Both the position numbers and the translations under genes were made by a program. A model generated the notes under the pieces. The model saw only the letters and a program-made list of their open reading frames with translations, made no database searches and was not told the DNA's origin. From the sequence record MN563784.1: a DNA stretch of 64,000 bases; one strand, 5' to 3'. Below are positions 58,751-64,000 of this stretch, one piece after another (the stretch's first letter is position 1; every line of letters begins with the position of its first letter).

Positions 58751-58969
58751 GCGGATTTTGACGGCGATCAATTGAATTTAACGTTAATGCCTGACGTGTA
58801 TTTAACTAAAGCAACTGAACGCATTGCTCCACATACATGGGTTCTATCTATTGATGAACCACATGAAATCTCAGGTAACCTTGAATTACAGGGTCCTGTT
58901 GTAGAAACAATTATTAACTGGGCACATGAGAAGTATTTACCACCATTAGAAGAGTGGTTGAAGTCGTAA
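58751..58969 (+). CDS. nvRNAP beta-prime exon 3 with catalytic ADFDGD
   Basis: GCG GAT TTT GAC GGC GAT CAA, in frame with track ORF 58772-58969. Confidence 0.9.
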   Translation, partial: ADFDGDQLNLTLMPDVYLTKATERIAPHTWVLSIDEPHEISGNLELQGPVVETIINWAHEKYLPPLEEWLKS

Positions 58970-59109
58970 TAATAAACTTGCCCCTACCACTTATGTAGTA
59001 GGGGCTTTATTTCCTGTTATGGCAGCGCCTAACTATGGATGTAAAGTTCCACTGGATTTAATTTCAGATTTATATCACTAAGATGCAATAGTGATAAGGG
59101 GAATACCCA

Positions 59110-59298
59110 ATGTCTAATATTCGTGAAATTATTCGACGTAACCCGGAATGTTTATCACAAGTCGAACGAGATGAACGTGAAGCCAGATCGGTAGCCGTAT
59201 TAACTAAGAGATATATTACTCGCGGGAATGGTGATGTAGTGGTAAACAGAAGGTTTGTCGATGCATATGTCGAAATGATCTCTAAGCTTAATGATTAA
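59110..59298 (+). CDS. Small hypothetical protein
   Basis: SD aagggga; promoter variant TATATCAC at 59071. Confidence 0.65.
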   Translation: MSNIREIIRRNPECLSQVERDEREARSVAVLTKRYITRGNGDVVVNRRFVDAYVEMISKLND

Positions 59299-59358
59299 AA
59301 GCAAAATAAATTAATAGGGGAGTTTGAATCCACCTATTAATTCTTTGAGGCTGGTAGT

Positions 59359-59742
59359 ATGCATGATTTAGTTATCTATTGGAAAGCCCATGATGGTTAC
59401 TACATACAAGATGAATATGGCGAACATCCTGTAACCTTCCAATTCGCAGAAATTAATTGGAATTTCACCGGAGCTTATGAGTACGGTGGTTCTGAATTAA
59501 TTGATGATCACTTAAGGTTTGGTATAGATTTCAAAGTACGTGATATTGAATGGCAAATTAGGTTTGATTTAGACGGTAAATTTACTCTGTACAATATGTC
59601 AAATAATGATCGGGATGATACCTTTGTAATTCCAGCTACTTCAAAATTTGCCCAATTCTTTAAAAAGACAGGCAAACATGTAGTTACTAATGAAGTTATC
59701 ACTATCCCAATTAACTGCTCTTTTGATAAGCAAATTTATTAA
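59359..59742 (+). CDS. Hypothetical protein
   Basis: SD gagg; 127 aa. Confidence 0.7.
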   Translation: MHDLVIYWKAHDGYYIQDEYGEHPVTFQFAEINWNFTGAYEYGGSELIDDHLRFGIDFKVRDIEWQIRFDLDGKFTLYNMSNNDRDDTFVIPATSKFAQFFKKTGKHVVTNEVITIPINCSFDKQIY

Positions 59743-59754
59743 AGGTAAATAAGG

Positions 59755-60180
59755 ATGAATAGTAAATGTAATGAATGTACTAAGCAAATCGATAATTCCC
59801 ATGATGTACCAAAAACACTTGGTATCTGCCATAAGCATTATCGATTCAATGTATTTGGGGATAATGGTTTACTTAAAGATTCAGATAAACTAGTTACATT
59901 TAAACTTAATAAAGAAACTAATCTATTTGAATGTATTCTAGAAAATACTAAAGGTGAATATACTGGATTCCATCATCCTAAGTTTGGATTCCGTATTAAA
60001 CATGATGATCCAATCACTATTGTGGTGACTGCACCTGAACATGATATCCATGTTGAATTAACTGTAACTGTTGAAGGTGTTACAAAAGCTGTCAATTGGT
60101 GCGGTCAGGAACTAGACACATTTAACTTACCTATGCAACATCCGTTTAATCTATGCTGGTCATATACGGCCAATAACTGA
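59755..60180 (+). CDS. Hypothetical protein
   Basis: 141 aa with CxxC...C..H. Confidence 0.7.
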   Translation: MNSKCNECTKQIDNSHDVPKTLGICHKHYRFNVFGDNGLLKDSDKLVTFKLNKETNLFECILENTKGEYTGFHHPKFGFRIKHDDPITIVVTAPEHDIHVELTVTVEGVTKAVNWCGQELDTFNLPMQHPFNLCWSYTANN

Positions 60181-60188
60181 GGTGTATA

Positions 60189-60800
60189 ATGATTGTAGAT
60201 GCACATGGTGTAGACCTCTTGGACATCTGTGCAGGTGGCCATCTTACACAGCAAACAACTCAATGGTTGGGTGAGCGTAGTCAGGCACTTCGTTCAACTA
60301 TGTCAACTGCTGCTGCTAGTTTTTTTAATACTGCTCAAAATATGTACAGTATGATTAGTGAATCAGCTGCTGTTCAAGCACTGCGGAATCTGACCACAAA
60401 GAAAGATAACTTATGGCAGTCGAACAACATTGTGTATCTTGAGACATTAGCTGAACTACAAACAGCTGGTCCAATTATGCAACGTTGGGTTATGGCGCAT
60501 GAGCGTCTAAGAACTATGTATCTTAATAATGAAGTTGATGGATATGGTGGTTCTTATAATAACATCCAAGGTGATGCTGTAGGTGAACGACAGTTTGATT
60601 ATCGCCGCGTGATGGATGGAGTTATGTATACCGATAAGAAAGAATTCGGTTATAAAAACTATCACGAAGATATCAAGAGCGATCGTAAACTTAGTCTGCA
60701 CGAGAAAGTTGACATCATCCGTATGTGGAATGCTATTGATGAACATCTGGACGCAGGTGAAGAAGATCCAACTTCAGTCGTAGGTAATCTTCTAGGTTAA
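60189..60800 (+). CDS. Conserved chimallivirus protein (gp59-like)
   Basis: 203 aa, SD gaggtg; synteny from memory. Confidence 0.65.
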   Translation: MIVDAHGVDLLDICAGGHLTQQTTQWLGERSQALRSTMSTAAASFFNTAQNMYSMISESAAVQALRNLTTKKDNLWQSNNIVYLETLAELQTAGPIMQRWVMAHERLRTMYLNNEVDGYGGSYNNIQGDAVGERQFDYRRVMDGVMYTDKKEFGYKNYHEDIKSDRKLSLHEKVDIIRMWNAIDEHLDAGEEDPTSVVGNLLG

Positions 60801-60851
60801 ATAAATGAGAGTCCCTACATGGGGCTCTCTTCTATCGTTTAGGAGAGATCT

Positions 60852-61187
60852 ATGTCAATTGATCTACTCGTACCAAATAAACTAAAGATGTTTCAAAAAA
60901 GTCCAGATGGTACGGGATATATGTACTTTAATAGTACAGATGGAATAGAACTTAAATACGATAATCAAACACGACTATTGTATCTTCCCGATAATGACTA
61001 TGTAACTGGTGATTATGTTTCACCTGATACTAAATTTATTTTCACAGTCATTGAAGGTGAAGTGGTCTCTATTAAATTAGATACTGGCGAGGAAATACAT
61101 AGTTATAGTTTTTGTGATGAGAGTCCATTGTGGAACCATCCACATATTGCTTTTTACGTTAAGGAAAATACCGATGCTATTAATTAA
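60852..61187 (+). CDS. Hypothetical protein
   Basis: SD aggag. Confidence 0.7.
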   Translation: MSIDLLVPNKLKMFQKSPDGTGYMYFNSTDGIELKYDNQTRLLYLPDNDYVTGDYVSPDTKFIFTVIEGEVVSIKLDTGEEIHSYSFCDESPLWNHPHIAFYVKENTDAIN

Positions 61188-61638
61188 GAATAATAACTCA
61201 TCAAGGCCACTACACCCTATTCTTAAATTAACTACTGCTGTGGTTGATTCAATTCGTTTTAATTTTGAAGAATATTCTTATCTTAAAGAAGCATTTAAGA
61301 ATGGCGCTCTACGTATCTATGTAACTGGATATGACTATGCTTACCCATCTGAAGATGGTCATCTTGTTATTAAAAACGACCATCCTAATGTTTCTAGCAG
61401 GCCACCATTTGTACATGTTGGTAGGGATCCAAATGGGTTAGTTGATGATACCCAGTTATATGTAGCTACAACTCATTTTTCAGGGACAAGTAGTGAAATT
61501 ACTACCAAACCCATTAGTGTACATGCATGTGTTACTGAACACGATATCGTTTTAACAAGCACACTCAAGAAAAAAGAAGGTGCTGTTATCGTATATCACA
61601 TTGAATTAATTGCAAGTAAATATTTATATGCTAGTTAA
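61174..61638 (+). CDS. Hypothetical protein
   Basis: Start moved to ATG 61174 (SD aagga). Confidence 0.65.
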   Translation: MLLIKNNNSSRPLHPILKLTTAVVDSIRFNFEEYSYLKEAFKNGALRIYVTGYDYAYPSEDGHLVIKNDHPNVSSRPPFVHVGRDPNGLVDDTQLYVATTHFSGTSSEITTKPISVHACVTEHDIVLTSTLKKKEGAVIVYHIELIASKYLYAS

Positions 61639-61704
61639 TGTAAGTATTTAACTGTATGTATCAAGCAATATAAAGGGAGCCATTTGGCTCCCATCTTAAC
61701 TTAA

Positions 61705-62142
<438 letters not shown>

Positions 62143-62700
62143 ATGACTAGTGAAGTTGAGAAAAATGAAAGCGAAGCTATGAACTCCATGCTATTAAAAC
62201 GAATTCATATGCTAGAAGTAACAGTTAGGAATCTAACAAAACATGCTAATGTTGTAGATGAGGCTTTCCAACAATTGGTAAAAGCTAAAGCTGAAGAAAC
62301 TGCAACATTTAATATTCGCGTTAGTCGAGTTCTTGCAGATATTCTTTGCAATATGGGTGAAAGTATTCGGCATGAAGTTGATGACGCATTGCGAGCTATC
62401 CATGGTGATACTAAACCAGTATTCTCACTAGCTGAAGTAGATGGGGTTAATCAGAAAGAACATATGGAATCAGTCATTGTTCGTAAGGGCGGTGATAAAG
62501 GTTATATGTTTGCTACTGTTGGAACGCCTAATAAGTTCACTACTGAAAACTGCGATGCGTTGATTGATTACCTAAATAGTAATCCTCAACTAATGGAAAA
62601 TAAAGAAGAAGCTCGTTTTAATATCATCACTACTCTGACTAAACAACAGATTGAACAAGTTATGGGTAAAGAAGATGGCAACTCCGGAACCGAACACTAG
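62143..62700 (+). CDS. Conserved hypothetical protein
   Basis: 185 aa, abuts upstream stop. Confidence 0.75.
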   Translation: MTSEVEKNESEAMNSMLLKRIHMLEVTVRNLTKHANVVDEAFQQLVKAKAEETATFNIRVSRVLADILCNMGESIRHEVDDALRAIHGDTKPVFSLAEVDGVNQKEHMESVIVRKGGDKGYMFATVGTPNKFTTENCDALIDYLNSNPQLMENKEEARFNIITTLTKQQIEQVMGKEDGNSGTEH

Positions 62701-63283
62701 AGTTACAGATAGCGATAACATGATCATGGATGCAATGCAAGCCATGGTTAACATTCATCAGAAAGAGACACCTATTGTTCATGAGGACGTTTTTGTAAAG
62801 AATATATTACCGTTACTTGAATGTCCATGGGCACCTGGTGCATTAGATGAATATCGTAAATATGTTCGTGAGCTATCAAATCCGTTACGCGTAGCAAGTG
62901 TAAATACCAAAGAAGCAGTTGTGCTTTTTACAGTTCCAGCACTCTATCCTCGTCCAAGTGTTGCAATCTCATCTGGTGAGAATGTTGCTAGCATTTCTAA
63001 CGTAATGGATTATTATAATAAAGAACATAACCGTAATCCACGTGGTGGGTTTGCTAAAGAAGCGGCTCAATTCCTAGAGCGGTGTATTTATAATGAACCA
63101 TTAGAAAAACAACTTCTACAAGTGTTAATCCAAATCTTAGCAGCATATGGTCGGGTATTAAAAAATACTGATGGTACTCCGTTATATGAGTTACCGAATG
63201 CATCTTCATCTAAATCTGGAGGTGTGCAAGTAGATACACCTGAGAATGATGAATGTGTTTACGGTGACGAATATGAAGACTGA
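62675..63283 (+). CDS. Conserved hypothetical protein
   Basis: Start probably ATG 62675 (MATPEPN). Confidence 0.7.
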   Translation: MATPEPNTRVTDSDNMIMDAMQAMVNIHQKETPIVHEDVFVKNILPLLECPWAPGALDEYRKYVRELSNPLRVASVNTKEAVVLFTVPALYPRPSVAISSGENVASISNVMDYYNKEHNRNPRGGFAKEAAQFLERCIYNEPLEKQLLQVLIQILAAYGRVLKNTDGTPLYELPNASSSKSGGVQVDTPENDECVYGDEYED

Positions 63284-64000
63284 TAAAACAAAGAAACCTG
63301 GCATATTTCGATATTTAACAGTAGGCGATGTCCATATGGGGCATCGCCAAACCCCTACTGAATTAATCATCAATAACTTTTGGAAAACTGTCCCTGATAC
63401 AATTTTAAAAGATATTGATATGTTGATTATTACAGGGGATTTATTTGATCGCCAATTAAACAATGGTGATCCAGCTGCATACGCAATTGATAGATTTATT
63501 ACAATACTTCTCTACAAATGTGAAATGTATAATGTAATGATCCGTATTGTTGAAGGGACTCCATCACACGATCGTGGGCAAATGCAGTTTTTCGTAGAAC
63601 AAAAGAATAATGCTAATATTAAAGTTGATTTGCATTATTCAAAGATTCTCGATATCGAGTATATTGAGAAACTAGATGCATATTTCCTTTATGTCCCTGA
63701 TAAATGGAATCCATCCACATCAGAGACTTTAAATCAAGTAAAAGATTTAATGCATAAGAAAGGTATATCTCAAGTTGACTTTACTATTTTACATGGTGCA
63801 TTTAAACACCAGCTACCTAGCATTGTTGAAGAGCCAACACATGATCCAGATGAATATTTAGCATTAACTAAATATATGATCAATGGTGGACATGTTCATG
63901 AGATGTCTATCTATGAACGCATTTTAGCTGCCGGTGGATTTGACCGATTAAGTCACAACGATGAAATTCCAAAAGGATTATTTGATGTTGTGGTGAAAGA
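63273..64000 (+). CDS. SbcD/Mre11-type metallophosphoesterase nuclease, runs off the window edge
   Basis: Hand translation MKTDKTKKPGIFRYLTVGDVHMGH...ITGDLFD...EGTPSHD...LHGAF...GGHVH; not in ORF track. Confidence 0.85.
   Translation, partial: MKTDKTKKPGIFRYLTVGDVHMGHRQTPTELIINNFWKTVPDTILKDIDMLIITGDLFDRQLNNGDPAAYAIDRFITILLYKCEMYNVMIRIVEGTPSHDRGQMQFFVEQKNNANIKVDLHYSKILDIEYIEKLDAYFLYVPDKWNPSTSETLNQVKDLMHKKGISQVDFTILHGAFKHQLPSIVEEPTHDPDEYLALTKYMINGGHVHEMSIYERILAAGGFDRLSHNDEIPKGLFDVVVK

Noticed and set aside
58772-58969. Stand-alone 65 aa gene with TTG start
   Set aside because: It is the distal part of RNAP exon 3, whose frame begins at 58751 with ADFDGDQ

Overview
A 64 kb segment of an AT-rich, nucleus-forming jumbo phage very close to Pseudomonas phage phiKZ (Chimalliviridae). 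Gene order matches my recollection of phiKZ from about gp303-306 through gp1-gp65, so the window crosses the reference end/start junction. All gp numbers are from memory, not a database search. Left to right: a virion head protein (partial), nrdB/nrdA, a probable ChmB, DHFR, and a GC-richer early region (about 8.1-20.4 kb) of small hypothetical and membrane genes. Next come terminase, virion/baseplate proteins, tail sheath and tube, Dip (RNase E inhibitor), PhuZ tubulin, a CX5R phosphatase and the family B DNA polymerase subunit. The right end holds chimallin (ChmA), the non-virion RNAP beta-prime subunit and a partial SbcD/Mre11 nuclease. Main observations: (1) the RNAP beta-prime gene is split into three exons by two related group I introns, one carrying an HNH endonuclease and one cutting the catalytic NADFDGD motif after N; (2) a highly structured, unassigned ~370 nt non-coding RNA candidate lies between chmA and the RNAP gene; (3) a pseudoknot/switch covers a ribosome-binding site at 47.4 kb; (4) exact 42 nt and 53 nt direct repeats lie in the early region. 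No tRNA, rRNA or CRISPR array was seen.
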